Assembly (NCBI GenBank): GCA_963762115.1
Contig: CAVXJH010000007.1
Coordinates: 1 to 64,000 of the forward strand
Source of the DNA: Candidatus Babeliales bacterium
GTDB taxonomy: Bacteria; Babelota; Babeliae; Babelales; JANWKD01
Reading direction: 5' to 3'
Length of the DNA: 64,000 bases
The position numbers were made by a program, and so were the translations under genes. Positions 1 to 16,271 of this stretch are shown here, in pieces (position 1 is the first letter of the stretch; each line of letters begins with the position of its first letter). Below the pieces are notes generated by a model that ran no database searches, was not told where the DNA came from, and worked only from the letters and a program-made list of their open reading frames with translations.

Positions 1-827
<827 letters not shown>

Positions 828-912
828 TGAGACTACTCCTTTTGGGTTCGGTAGTCTCGACCTCTGGACTGGTGAGCACGCGTCCGGGGCACCCTGCGGG
901 ACATGCTAAACC

Positions 913-2359
913 TTAACTGCCAGTCAACTTTTCGAAGACACGCCGCGAGTGTTTCCTCGGCATTCCCGTGGAATGAAGACAAAGAAGAATGAGACGTTTT
1001 GTTTCTCGGCGCCCGATATCCGGCCAGGGTCGTGCCAAGGCCTTGAACGAGATTACCGTGTCGAGAAGTTCGGAGAAAAAGCTTATCCTCTTCGATGGGG
1101 AGCACTTTCGGCTTCCACGGGCAAGACTCAAACTCTGCCCGCCGCATGACCTCAATGAGATTCTCAGGATATCTGCGAGATGTTGGCTTGGATATAGGTG
1201 GTCTTTCCGGGGTTTTGTTATCCTGAAAATGATCTCGAATTCGGCATGGGTCTTCCAAAACGGTATCAGTTCGCCGTCCTCCTCAGAAGCATCCTGCACC
1301 TGGGGAATGTCCGTCTTCGTACGTCTTCAGGAGCGTGTAGAAATCGTTGTCGCACGGAAGGTAGACGGGCAAGGTCCGACGGGACCGCGCTCTCGAATGC
1401 TCCGCGGAGAAAACCACGTCTCAGAATTAGCGCCCGCGGCCCCGCGAGCGTCGGGAGGCAACTTCTCGTCGAGGCGCAGTGACTCATTCAAGACATGGTT
1501 GTAGTAGAGTACCGGATGGGTGGTGCGTAAATCCACCGGTAAAAAAAGTTCCTTCCATCAATGACGCTCTTGACGACGCTCAGTGCGGACTTCCGGAACG
1601 CCGGAGTAGGCCGCTTTTCTTGAGCACAATCTCGATTGCTCCCAAGCAGCCGTGTGGCGTCGATCGACACGTTGTTGACACCGGACGACCATGTGTCACG
1701 GAGGATGTAGTCCAGCTTTTCTACGTCGATCGCAGTGCCGTTGACCAGCTGATGAGGCAGTTTTCAACCTGCTCCTGCGTGTTGCGGGATCAATGCTGTG
1801 CAGCCTGTGATCATCGTGGGGCCACGAGTGACGGAGTCCAGTCCGCCGAAACGTGCCCGAACGACGCCGCGTAGTGTTGAGGAAAACGCCGCGGCAAAGC
1901 TCTCGGCGCGGGGAGGCCTTGCGGATCGTCCCAGGCCGAATAGTCCTTCTGAATTACTCGTCCGTCAGGCGAGAAAAGGAAGTCCTTGCACAATCCTCCC
2001 GTTGTAGTAGGCTTCAAGGTGTGCGAGAACGGCGAATGACCGCAATCATGCATGAGGGCAGCTGAACGGAGAAAAGCCGGCGTCGGTACGCCTTCACGAT
2101 CGACGCCCGTCAAGCAGTCGCGGCCTCGGTGTTCCCCCAAAGTGCCGAAAGGCGTCTTCGCCAGGTGGAAACCGCCGAGCGAGTGTGCGAAACGATCGTG
2201 CCTCGCGGAGGGATAAAAGGTCGCATCGACGTTTGCTGGATATGCTTCAGCCTCTTAAAAATGGGTGTGTCGACGAAGCATGCGGTAGGAGTCCACGCGG
2301 GTACGTCTATGTATCCGTGGACTGGATCTCGGAACTGCTTCGTTCTTCGGACTGCTCAT
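913..2359 (-). CDS. HD-domain phosphohydrolase (SAMHD1/YwfO-like dNTP triphosphohydrolase), split by several indels
   Basis: Manual translation across frames: FRDPVHGYI (~2335-2309), FKRLKHIQQ, HDRFAHSLG, AALMHDCGHSPFSH, IDVEKLDYILRD (~1730-1695). Confidence 0.85.
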
Positions 2360-2745
2360 GCCGTCGGCTCAGGGGCATCGTTGTTCTGTGAATCGCTTCT
2401 TGCCTCCTGTGGCGCACTTGTTGGAAGGCGGCTGACGAACTCTTGGGCCAGGTAACACTGTAAGGTATCGGTCCGCGTTGGGTGCCTTTCTGATCTCAGC
2501 CCTGCCGCGAGCGAAAGATCTCGGGTAGGACTGCTCGCCGAGTGATCGCCGGCGAGGATACGTCGACGGCGACGCCGGGACAAGTGTTCTCGATCGTAGT
2601 CCAGACCGCAGAATACGATTCAGCAGATCAGAGAGTCGAACACGCTGGTGACTTTTCCGACACAATGGCCGCCAGCAGGTCAATCGGGGTTAAGACAGAG
2701 TACCATGTGCGGACTGGATCCTTCCTTGGAAAATTCGCGTGGTGA
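2356..2745 (-). CDS. small hypothetical protein (frameshifted) translationally coupled to HD gene; start uncertain
   Basis: ORF 2356..2583 ends in a TGA overlapping the HD gene ATG (ATGA at 2356-2359). Confidence 0.45.
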
Positions 2746-2804
2746 ATACTCGGTGGTATTCTACGGTGTTGAATTTGCCCGAGAACCACTCGGAGCGTTC
2801 GCTC

Positions 2805-4955
<2,151 letters not shown>

Positions 4956-7900
4956 AACCGCCAACAACAAGATTACCATCTGTTTTTAACGTATTTGCCG
5001 ATGAACGATATAAATCAGTGTCACCCGCCCAGACTAATTTTGCAACGGTATTTGTTGGCAAAGGAGAATTTGTTGCAGCAGGAAAAAGAACTTCGTTATT
5101 AAACCCATCAAGTTGCATAACACTATTTGAACCGCGCGCTGCTTGGCCTGAAGTATCATTATTCGTATACGTAAATGCTAAATTTGCTGAAGCACCAACT
5201 TTATCAATTCCCCAACCGCGAATGTCAGAACCATTATTAAGGCCTGAAGTATCAGAGAGAAGATTAATGCTTGCATCTTTTGTGCGATCGCCAGTCACCA
5301 CAAAATAATTAGCATTATTACTTGATGCTTGCGTTGCATTAAATGTTGGATTTGCATTTGGATTTACATACACCGTACCTTTATTACCATAATAATTAGG
5401 ATTATAATTAAGTGTTGGTTCGATTGCTTGCCCATTGAGTATTTCATAGACCGTATGACTTACATCAGCACCCGTTCCTATAACCAATTCAGCCTTAGAA
5501 TTAAATGCTGCAAAACTAACATTTGTTGGATTTGTAAGAATAATTTTATTTTCATCAACAACACCACTAAAAAAATTCAACGTGCTTGAACCATTTTGTT
5601 GAACATCGATAATACAATTTTGTAAAATCGCACCACTAGCACTCAGATTGGTAGTAATTGTATCGCTTGGCAATCCACATTGAATACCAAGAGCAGCTCC
5701 ACTAACTGCACACGAATCAAGTGCCATAGAAGCACCCGTTATCACTTTAAGAGCTATACCCTGTTGCACTCCTAATGTATCAGTACATCTAAAATTAGAT
5801 CCTTCGATAATAACTTCGGTATTTGCACCAGATCCTGTTATATTCACCGAATTAACATTGTTGAGCAAAAAGTTACAGCCAACTATATCAACATTACTAC
5901 CACCGTTACAAATAATACCATTCGTCGTTGCTTCAATATCACTTCCTAAAATACGAAGTGCTGAACCACCAGTAACGAATATTGCAGTATCAAATAAATT
6001 AAATGCAGTATTAAGGATTGCCATTTTTGTGTTAGTTCCGGTCAATATCACACCCATATTTACTGCAGCATCCCCAACAGCAATCGGTCCTTGAATAAGT
6101 GAATTTTTAATTACCGCCACCTGCATATTGCTAACCGAAATAAACGTATTGTTGCTAGCTGCTTCAACATTTTCAAAAAAAATTGAAGATAATCCCGATG
6201 GGCTATTTACTGCAAAACCTGTTTGAAATCCTGAAATAATAAGCGAACTCATATTGGCTATGTTATTAGAATTTGCCGATAATGAAACTGCTGCCGCCGT
6301 TGATCCCGGAAATGGCATTACAAGAGTAAAGTTATTAAATTCTACATTTGCTGTTGTTATATGAAACAAATCAATCGCTTGACTAAATGGCAGTATTGAG
6401 GTGCTTGCAGCTGATACACCTAAAAGACTTATGCCATCAGCAGTTATAGTAATTGGTCCGCCAGTATTATCTTCAGCAAAAAGTCCAGCGCCAACTATAA
6501 TCGCAACAGGATTTGCAAGACTTGCTACCCCATTTGCAACACTTACGGCATGTCTAATCGTTCTAAATGGTGACGCAAATGAACCATCATTACTATCACT
6601 ACCACTCAATGATACATAATAGATTTCAGTGACTACCGGCGATCCTCCCACCGTTGCCCATTGTGTCGCTGAAGGTGATGTTGCTTGTAACACTTGCCCA
6701 GCTGTCGGTGCGCTTGCTGGTAAATTTACGGTGTAACTTGAACTAACGGTTGCAGGAGCATTTAAGCCTACATAATTACCACTGCCGGTTCCATCTTGAA
6801 AACGAACTTGTGATTGCAATGCCATATTCAAGTTGCCCGTCATTGTGTCACCAGCTTTGAGCACATCGAGTGATGCACCACCCACTAACGTTGCTGTTAT
6901 TATGTTTGCGGTAAAACTACCTGACACATCACGTAAAACTATAGTATTTGGCACATTAGCACTTGTTGCTGTTGTTGCAGAATTGGCAACTTTACCCGGC
7001 GTTGAAATAGTAGCCAATTTATTATCAGTAATTGCCGCACTTGGACTCACATCAGCATTAACAATAAGTGATGTTGATAATAATCCCGTGTTATCATTAT
7101 GAACGACACCTGCTGGCGTTAAACTACCAACAAGAAGATTACCATCAGTTGCTAACGTGTTTGCCGATGAACGATATAAATCGGTATCTCCTGCCCAGAC
7201 TAATTTTGCAACCGTATTGGTTGGTAACGGTGTATTGGTTGCTAAAGGAAAAAGAACTTGATTATTAAAACCATCAAGTTGCATAACACTATTTGAACCG
7301 CGCGCTGCTTGACCTGAAGTATCATTATTGGTATACGTAAATGCTAAATTTGCAGATGAACCTAATTTATCAATTCCCCAACCGCGAATATTATCAGCAA
7401 CACCAAAATTAGCAGTATCAGAAATCAGATTAATACTCGCCTCTTTTGTGTTATCTCCGGTTACCACATACGATGATGCATTGTTACTTTGTGCTTGAAT
7501 ACCATAAAATGTTGGATCTGTATTTTGATTGACGTACAAAGTTCCTTTATTGCCATAATAATCTGATTCATAATTAAGCGATGGCAATGATGCTTGACCA
7601 TTCAAAACTTGAAATAATAATTGATTCACATCAGTATCATTACCAATAGTTAATGCATCATCAGCATTATTATCAAAGGCTGCAAAATTAACATTAGTAG
7701 GATCCGCTATATTTAATTTATTACCATCAAATACACCTCCAACAAAAAGCAAGGTCGAACTTCCAAGTTGTTGAATATCAGTTATACAGTTACTAAAACT
7801 CGTAGAATTTGCTTGGATTATCGTTGCATTGGTATCACTAGGTATCCCACATTGAATGCCGATGGCCGCATTTTCAATACTACAGGCAACGGCAAGTAAT

Positions 7901-10900
7901 GTAGCACCTCCTGTCGCATACAGTGCAGTACCCTGAGGATTTCCATTTGTGCCAGTACAATGGAATTGACAACCATCAATGGTAACTTCGCTATTTGCTC
8001 CTAATGCAATAACATTAGTTGAATTAATATTATTAATAAAAAAATTACAACCAACTATACCAATACTACTGCCACCATTACAAACAATACCCGTTGTTGT
8101 TGCTTCAACATCAGTCGATAAAACACGAAGACCTGCACCACCGGTTACTACTACAGCAGCAGTATCAAATAATTTAAATGCATTGCTAAACATAGCAACT
8201 TGGGCATTAGTGCCGGTTATGATTATACCAGTATTTGCTGCAGGACCGACTACAAAAGGCCCCTGAAATGCTGAATTATTTACTACTGCCTGTATATTGT
8301 TAATTGAAATATTTGTACCATTCCCAGCACACTGAACATTTTCAAATAATATCGTAGGTCCCCCTGCAGCACTACTGATAGCAAAACCTGTTTGGAATTG
8401 ACCTGCTGCTACTGATTCAAAACGTCCCGTACCAGAAGCGCCAGCTACAAGAGTAACAGCATTTGCTGTTGATCCTGGTGCTGGCGTTATCAGTGATAAG
8501 TTTTTAATTTCTACATTTGCTGTTGTTATACGAAATAAATCAATTGCAGAAGTAAAGGGCAGTATATTTGTCGCTGATATTGAGCTTCCTACAATACTTA
8601 TGCCGTCAGCGCTAATCGTAATCGGCCCACCGGTATTATTTTCAGCAAAAAAACCCGCCCCCACATTAATAACAACGGGATTTGCAAGACTTGCCACGCC
8701 GTTTGCAACATTCACGGCATGACTCACCGTACGAAATGGGGCAGCAAAAGAACCATCATTGCTATCACTACCACTCAATGATACATAATATGTTTCAGTG
8801 ACTGCAGGTGATCCTCCCACCGTTGCCCATGCTGTAGCTGATGGTGACGTTGCTTGTAAAACTTGCCCAGCTGTTGGTGCACTTGCGGGTAAATTCACCG
8901 TATAACTTGATCCAACCGTTGCAGGCGCATCTAAGCCAACATAATTACCACTGCCAGTACCATCTTGAAAACGCACTTGCGATTGCAAAGCCATATTTAA
9001 GTTACCGGTCATAGTATCACCAGCTTTGAGCACATTTTGTGATGCTGCACCCGTTAAATTTGCCGTGATAGTGTTTGCAGAAAAATTACCGAAACCATCG
9101 CGTGCAACAATTGTATTGATTACGTTTGCATCTGTTGCATCAGTTGAGAGTGTCACATCATCTGCATTATTAGTAACAACAACATGAGGACCTGCTGCGA
9201 TAGTTTTAAAATTTAACGTTACCCCCGTTTTATCTCTAAATATTTGACCAGCACCGGTGCCAACATTTGCACCAGTTGTTTGATTTGGCAATGAAAATTC
9301 AACAAATTCTATTGGATTTGTATCAACAATTGCCGTTGGCGTACTGCACAACCAACTTGATCCAGCATTAATAACACCAGAAAGAGTAAGCACATATGCT
9401 TGACCCGCTGTTGAACCCGACGCAAAATCAGTTGGTCGCAACCATGATCCAACTTCATCAAGCCACAAACCATTTTCTACAGGATTTGTTTGCCCTACTA
9501 ACAATACGCGATCATCAGCAGAAAGCGATACACCATCAATTGTTTGCAAACCACTTAAAACAACATCGGTCGTACTTACCACAACAACAGGGGTCTTAGG
9601 GACAAGGCCTAGTGATGCAATTGAATCAACATATGCTTTGGTTGCAGCATCATTAGGATTTATTATTGTTCCATCAATAGTGATTTTATTGGTTGCAAAG
9701 TTACCTGACACATCGCGCAATACTAAGGTATTTGGTGTATCATTACTTGTTGCAGCAGCCACAGCTGCGGCAGCCGCCGCAACGCTTGCAGCACTTTGAC
9801 CACCAACAAAGCTCACAACAGTAGCACCTTGCGTTCCGGTGACATCTCCTGCTAATGATCCGGTAAAATTTGTTGAAGTAACAGACAACGTTGCCGTTGA
9901 CGCATTGCCCGTTAAGTTCCCTGTTACATTACCTGTCACATTTCCTGTTAGATTACCTGTCACATTACCAATAAGATTTGCCGTAATAGTTCCTGCTGCA
10001 AAATTACCTGATGCATCACGCTTAACAATAGTACTTGGTGCATTACTACTTGTTGCTGCATTTGCAGCTAATGTTGCTGCAGCAACATTAGCTGCTGTTT
10101 GACCGCCCACCGTATTAACAACCGTAGAATTTTGATTCCCCGTAACATCACCACTTAATGATCCACTAAAATTTACCGCTGTTGTCGCATTTGTTGCTGT
10201 TGTCGCATTACCACTTAAATTACCGGTAACATTACCTATTAAACTTGCCGTTATAGTGCCTGCATTGAAATTACCTGACACATCACGTTTGACAATAGTA
10301 TTAGCAATATTTGCATTTGTAGCAGCATTTGCTGCCACAGCACCTGAGGCAACATTTGCTGCACTTTGACCACCAACAAAACTCACCACCGTTGCACCTT
10401 GTGTGCCGATGACATCTCCTGCTAATGATCCGGTGAAATTTGTTGTAGTTATTGCTGTCGATGCTGTTGTGGCATTACCAACTAAGTTTGCCGTAATCGT
10501 CGTGGCTGCAAAATTTCCTGACGCATCTCTTTCGACAATAGTATTTGGTATATTATTACTGGTAGCGGTATTTGCCAGAGAAACACCCGCCGCAACGTTT
10601 ACTGCACTTTGACCTCCAACAAAACTCACTACCGTTGCACCTTGTGTTCCCGTTACATCACCTGCTAATGATCCCGTGAAATTCGTTGCTGAACCTGCTG
10701 TTGTTGCACTTGTCGCTGTTGTTGCATTACCACTCAAATTACCCGTAACATTTCCTGTTAAACTTGCCGTTATAGCACCAGCTACAAAATTTCCTAATCC
10801 ATCACGCTTGACAATGGTGCTTGGTGTATTGCTACTTGTTGCTGCATTTGCAGCCACCGTTGCCGCAGCAACACTAGCTGCCGTTTGTCCACCAACAGTA

Positions 10901-12711
10901 CTCACAACAGTAGCACCTTGTGTACCGATAACATCACCCGCCAATGACCCGGTAAAACTTGTTGCTGATCCAGCCGTTGTTGCAGTGGTGGCATTACCAC
11001 TCAAATTCCCCGTTACATTACCCGTAAGGTTTGCTGTAATTGTATTCGCTGAAAAATTTCCTGAGACATCACGTTTAACAATAGTGTTAGCAGTATTAGT
11101 ATTGGTAGCAGCATTGGCAGCAATAGTTGCAGCGGCAACATTCGCTGCACTTTGGCCGCCCACTGTACTCACTACCGTTGCACCTTGTGTGCCGGTTACA
11201 TCACCTGCTAATGATCCGGTGAAATTTGTTGCTGTTGTAGCACTTGTCGCCGTTGTTGCTGTAGTTGCATTACCCGCTAAATTTGCCGTAATAGTACCCG
11301 CTGCAAAATTACCTGACACATCGCGCTTAACAATCGTATTAGCAGTGTTTACATTCGTTGCAGCATTTGCTGCCGTAACTCCCGAGGCAATATTTGCTGC
11401 TGATTGTCCTCCAACAGTAGCAACCACCGTTGCACCTTGTGTGCCGGTTACATCACCTGCTAATGAGCCAGTAAAATTTGTTGCTGTCGTTGCATTCGTT
11501 GCCGTTGTAGCTGTTGTTGCATTACCTGCTAAATTTGCAGTGATAGTTCCAGCAGCAAAATTTCCAGCTCCATCTCGCTTAACAATAGTTCCTGCTGTAT
11601 CAGCACTTGTTGCTGCATTTGCTGCTGTTGTAGCTGCAGCAACATTAGCAGCTGTTTGTCCTCCAACAGTACTTACCACTGTTGCACCTTGCGTGCCTAT
11701 AACATCGCCAACTAATGGGCCGGTAAAATTCGTTGCTGATCCAGCTATTGTCGCACTGGTGGCATTCCCCGTCAAATTACCCGTAACATTACCGGTGAGA
11801 TTTGCAGTGACAGTATTTGCTACAAAATTGCCAGACACATCACGCTTAACAATGGTATTTGGTGTATTGGTATTTGTTGCAGCATTGGCAGCAATCGTTG
11901 CAGCAGCAACATTAGCTGCACTTTGACCACCAACAAAACTAACAACGGTAGCCCCTTGCGTTCCGGTGACATCACCTGCTAATGATCCAGTAAAATTAGT
12001 TGCCGTTGTTGCTGAAGTTGCATTACCATTTAATGTTGGTGCATTTACTACATTTGCATTTAAGGTATTTACACCGCTTATATTGTCACTACCATCAAGA
12101 GTCACATTTGACTGCTTGATATTATCAACACCACTTGGTAAATCAACGGTGATAAGTGCATTATTCGTTGAAAAAGGTAAAGCCGTTGAAACATTTCCCG
12201 ATCCAACTGGCGTTGCATATATTAAATTCCCTGCGCCATCACTTCCTAAAAATGTTCCGGCAGCACCAACTATGAGTGGCCAACTCACCGTGTTGCCATT
12301 TTTTGTGATACCCTCAATGGTAATGTTACCCAAATCATCAACAAGCACCGTTGAATTTTTTAATAATTTTCCTGTCGTATCGGCAAAGCGAGCAACTGCA
12401 TCAACAGTAGATGAAGATGGACCCACTACATTCCCTGAGGAAGAAGATGATGATGGTGTTGATGCCAAAATAGAGTGAACAACGTTCGCAATTAAACCGG
12501 TTAAATCAGGCAAATGAACTGCAGGTCCAGTAAAGCCTGCATGAGCTAAAGAAGGACGCGGCGCACGCACATCAGTTTCTAAAGCCTCTACGCTTTCTTC
12601 TTGATATATACATGACTCTTCTACGTTATCTGCAAGAGCATTACTCAAATTTGCGTACAATAATGAAATAATACACAAAAATATCAATTTATGATTATAA
12701 AATTGCTTCAT
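4956..12711 (-). CDS. giant secreted repetitive fibre/adhesin-like protein with beta-helix modules, 3'-truncated at the junction
   Basis: Signal peptide; 9 [19 protein letters not shown] repeats; tail-fibre-like LSGLQTIDG...DRVLL...NGLW; two [14 protein letters not shown] (DUF1565-like) modules. Confidence 0.8.
4976..9035. repeat. intragenic duplication, ~2.17 kb period
   Basis: Matching anchors 4976/7141 (ccatc...gccgatgaacgatataaatc) and ~6852/~9021 (cagctttgagcacat). Confidence 0.9.
9690..12010. repeat. 9 degenerate coding tandem repeats of ~250-300 bp
   Basis: Recurring acatcacctgctaatgatcc and acatcacg/gcttaacaat blocks; protein unit ...GATVVSxVGGQ...TIVKRDxSGNF. Confidence 0.9.
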
Positions 12712-12853
12712 GAATTATGACTCCAACGGTTAAACAATTTTTCTTTGTTCATAACCATAGACGAGCCAAAAAATAATAATCAAGAATTTAAAAATTTAAT
12801 ACAAGTTCGATAGGTGAAAACATCAAAGATAAGGAAAAAAAATTAACAATATA

Positions 12854-12902
12854 AGGTAATTTGTTAAAGCCTGAACTCAATTCAAGCTTTAACAAATTAC
12901 CT
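12854..12902. terminator. long hairpin downstream of the WD40 gene
   Basis: aggtaatttgttaaagc...gctttaacaaattacct inverted repeat. Confidence 0.7.
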
Positions 12903-12910
12903 ATCAGATA

Positions 12911-15085
12911 CTATAATAAACCAAGTTCAATGCTTTTTTTTTTAGTATTAGTAACCATATTTTTGAAACCCGTACTATTTACATTCTCTTGGGCATGCTG
13001 TGACAAAACATCCTCAAATGTTCTAAAAGGTCTTAAAGCAACGAATGATGATTTTTTTGAAGAAGAACCGCGAAATAATAACGTATTACCATCAATACAA
13101 AACAAATCTTCTATCTTTGCATAAAATTTCAGCGTATTTAAACATTGTAATGTTTCACTATCCCAAATTCGCATAGTATTATCATCAGATGCAGATATAA
13201 TTATCGAATCAACAACATGCGCAAGTGCATTAATTTTCTTTCCAAAGCCAATAACATGAGCAGGACCAGATAAAAAAGAATCTTTTTTATCTTTAAAATC
13301 GTGTACTTTAATACAAAAAGCATCCATTAAAAACTCAGTTGAACTCTTGCAAGAAAAAAATTTTGGCAAACCATCAACATACAAATAAGGCCCCGAAAGA
13401 TAATTGTCTCTTTTTAAAGCACCTGTTTTTATATTCAACCTACAAACTATCGAATATCCTTGCGTTAACAACGTTGAATCATCCAAAAAAATAAGCTTTT
13501 CAATCGAATCATCATAAAACGATTTCGATTTATATTGATGAAGACGTTTTCCAGTTTTAATATTCCAAAAATTAATACTTCTAAAACCTACATCTTTTGA
13601 AGCTGCAACCAATATATTATTTGGATAATATTCTAATGCTGATGCATCATCTTGAATCGTCCGCAAACATTTTCCTGTTCGCGTATCCCAAATTTTTATT
13701 GTTTTATCAGTTGAAGCTGAAGCCAATTTTCTTTGAGGAAGGGCAAGAATAGCCTCAATATATCCTCGATGCCCTTTAAGCTGCCGAAGAAACTTCCCCG
13801 TTTTAGTATTCCAAATTTCAATATTATGGCCGCTACTTGATGCCAATGTATTATTGCGCAAAGCAACCATCTTTCCTGACCATCCCTGCCCATTGCATTC
13901 CGACTTCAAATAAAGCCCTTTATCGCCTATCTCTAACACAGAAATCTTGCCCGTTTTATCTTGGCAAAATAATTGATTAGTTCCATCAAAAACAACATTA
14001 AGATCTCGGGCCAATCGGTCAGGATAATCCAAAATTTTATGGGCCCTAATAAATTTCGATGAATAACGAATATGATTTTTACACCTTTGAGCAAATCCAG
14101 CAGGTAAACTATCAAATAATCTTTGTACCGTAGCACTATTTTGAGGGGTTATAACACACGGCACCATTTTAACAATAAAATTCACTCTTTTTTTCGCTTT
14201 TTCATTGGTGCATATAATCTTCTTATAAGACTCTTCAAAAAGTTTTTGAATTTTATTATCAGTATAAAAAGTAAATCCATTAATAGTAAAACCATTATTT
14301 GAAATGGCAAAATAACCACTTTCTTCAGATTTATTCTTTTTCGCTAAGCGAACCTGAGAAATTGCCATCAATTGATTAAGTGCATCAACAATTTTTTTAC
14401 ACTTTTTTGAACACACTGCTTCTATGTGATCAGTTATTAGATCATCAAAAAATCTAACGATATCCTCATTACTGCTGGGCTCTGTCGGCAGAGATTCTAA
14501 AACTTCTTCCTGTATCGATTCCTCTGGAATTTCACCCAAAGACATCGCAACATTAATTGCTTGATCATCAGTAGATGGGGATCTATTCATTTCATGTATA
14601 TGTTCTGCAATTGCTTGATTAACCTGACAATAGGAATCACTTTCTTGATCAATAGAAAATAATGTTGCTAAAGCTTTCAAAATGATTATATTTTTTGTTT
14701 GCAATGCATGTACAAGAAAATCCTTTTCAATTCTTGGTAGCAGTGATTGTTGTTTATCAAGCTCAACTGAACTTATTAATGTTACATAGTTATAGCACAA
14801 TACTTTTAAAATTGATTCACTTCTCTTTCTTTGCACAGCCTCATTCATTAATTCTTCATAAATGGTAAGTTGCCTAAAGAAATCTTCTTGCATTAATTGT
14901 TCATTAAACAATTGCAATGTTTCGACAAAATGTTCTTGACTTTGACTTTGCACCGCTTCTTCCAAATGATCAATCAATAATGAATAACCATCATCCATGC
15001 CATAAAGAAAAAATGAGGTACAACAAGAAAAAATTAAAAAGATATATCGTAATAATACATGATTCCATTCATTGAACAATTTCAT
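12911..15085 (-). CDS. secreted WD40-repeat protein
   Basis: LKGHRGYI...LASASTDKTIKIWD and ISASDDNTMRIWD; N-terminal hydrophobic signal. Confidence 0.85.
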   Translation of the reverse strand: MKLFNEWNHVLLRYIFLIFSCCTSFFLYGMDDGYSLLIDHLEEAVQSQSQEHFVETLQLFNEQLMQEDFFRQLTIYEELMNEAVQRKRSESILKVLCYNYVTLISSVELDKQQSLLPRIEKDFLVHALQTKNIIILKALATLFSIDQESDSYCQVNQAIAEHIHEMNRSPSTDDQAINVAMSLGEIPEESIQEEVLESLPTEPSSNEDIVRFFDDLITDHIEAVCSKKCKKIVDALNQLMAISQVRLAKKNKSEESGYFAISNNGFTINGFTFYTDNKIQKLFEESYKKIICTNEKAKKRVNFIVKMVPCVITPQNSATVQRLFDSLPAGFAQRCKNHIRYSSKFIRAHKILDYPDRLARDLNVVFDGTNQLFCQDKTGKISVLEIGDKGLYLKSECNGQGWSGKMVALRNNTLASSSGHNIEIWNTKTGKFLRQLKGHRGYIEAILALPQRKLASASTDKTIKIWDTRTGKCLRTIQDDASALEYYPNNILVAASKDVGFRSINFWNIKTGKRLHQYKSKSFYDDSIEKLIFLDDSTLLTQGYSIVCRLNIKTGALKRDNYLSGPYLYVDGLPKFFSCKSSTEFLMDAFCIKVHDFKDKKDSFLSGPAHVIGFGKKINALAHVVDSIIISASDDNTMRIWDSETLQCLNTLKFYAKIEDLFCIDGNTLLFRGSSSKKSSFVALRPFRTFEDVLSQHAQENVNSTGFKNMVTNTKKKSIELGLL

Positions 15086-15222
15086 ACTATTCCAAAAAAA
15101 TAATATTGTTTAGATAATGTTTGCTAGCAATCAAGAATCCTATCTTTAATATCATAAAACGTAAAGATCTTGTTTACTTTTAATCTAAATTTATATATTA
15201 AAAACTTAAAAGGTATAAAGAA

Positions 15223-16050
15223 TTATATTTTTTCTATTACTTGTGCAAACTTACTATAATAATCTGATTCGGACCAACAAGCCGCTAAAATAGCTTGAAC
15301 AAAAGACCACTCAATCAATCGTTGTTTTTCAAAACCAAAGCTATTACTAAAATAATCAATTCTATGTCGTATTATTTCTTGTGGATTTTTCTGTTGCAAC
15401 AACTCGGGAACTGGATTTCGTATAAAGGCACCGACTTCATATTCCAATTCCCCTACAACACCTTTTGGATCTATGGCAACCCAAGAATTTCCCTTGCGTA
15501 AAATATTCTCGTGATGGAGATCGCCATGCAACAGATAAAGCTTACCTTGCGTAGCCAAAAGTTTATCAGATAATTTCTTAGCTTTTTGTAGTAAAACTTT
15601 AGGAACTTTTTCACCTTTATAGCTCTCCAAGAATTCCAACCAACTAGTAATGGTGGGAAATTCATGTAAATTTACCGCCTTATTTTGATGAAAGTGTAAT
15701 TTTTTAATAACGCGAGCTACAATTTCAACCGTGTTAATTTCATCTTTTGGGAAAAGTTCTTTTAATATTGTTCCCGGTTTTATATATTCAAGAAGCATGC
15801 CGCCATATTTTACATCGTAGTCAAGCAATTTTACACAACCATTACCATTAAAATAATGCAATGTTTTTTGTTCATTGGTAATATCATCAGAAGGACAAAT
15901 CTTCAAAACAACATCAATACGATAATGAGCACTGTATGCCAATATAATATGATTATTTGTAAACGATGATTGTGCCAAATGCTTTAAATTACTGAGTTGC
16001 CACTTGGCAGAAAAATAGCGTATTGAATCATTAATAATTTTTTCTAACAT
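15223..16050 (-). CDS. aminoglycoside/hydroxyurea resistance kinase family (APH(6)/StrB-like)
   Basis: LLHGDLHHENIL and WVAIDPKGVVGE motifs. Confidence 0.85.
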   Translation of the reverse strand: MLEKIINDSIRYFSAKWQLSNLKHLAQSSFTNNHIILAYSAHYRIDVVLKICPSDDITNEQKTLHYFNGNGCVKLLDYDVKYGGMLLEYIKPGTILKELFPKDEINTVEIVARVIKKLHFHQNKAVNLHEFPTITSWLEFLESYKGEKVPKVLLQKAKKLSDKLLATQGKLYLLHGDLHHENILRKGNSWVAIDPKGVVGELEYEVGAFIRNPVPELLQQKNPQEIIRHRIDYFSNSFGFEKQRLIEWSFVQAILAACWSESDYYSKFAQVIEKI

Positions 16051-16218
16051 ATAACTCTTAGTATAGATACAATTAAAAGAATTTAATATTGTATTTTATT
16101 AATTATGTATCACCTACAAGATACTTTCTTCAATTTAAATTATTTTCTACAATAATTCTATGACATACAATAGCAGCAATGCTAGAGTAAATGAAAAAGT
16201 TAAATAGCTCTATTTAAA

Positions 16219-16263
16219 ACAGTATCCTCTTGATAAACAACATGTTTATCAAGAGGATACTGT
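16219..16263. terminator. perfect 21-bp-stem hairpin
   Basis: acagtatcctcttgataaaca-aca-tgtttatcaagaggatactgt just after the stop of 16272..16778. Confidence 0.75.
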
Positions 16264-16271
16264 ACCATTTA

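Noticed and set aside
9690..12010. CRISPR-like periodic repeats
   Set aside because: Units are 250-300 bp, in frame, vary at codon third positions, and no cas genes are present
9839..12478. Plus-strand Val/Ala-rich ORFs (up to 416 aa)
   Set aside because: Antisense shadows of the repeat protein
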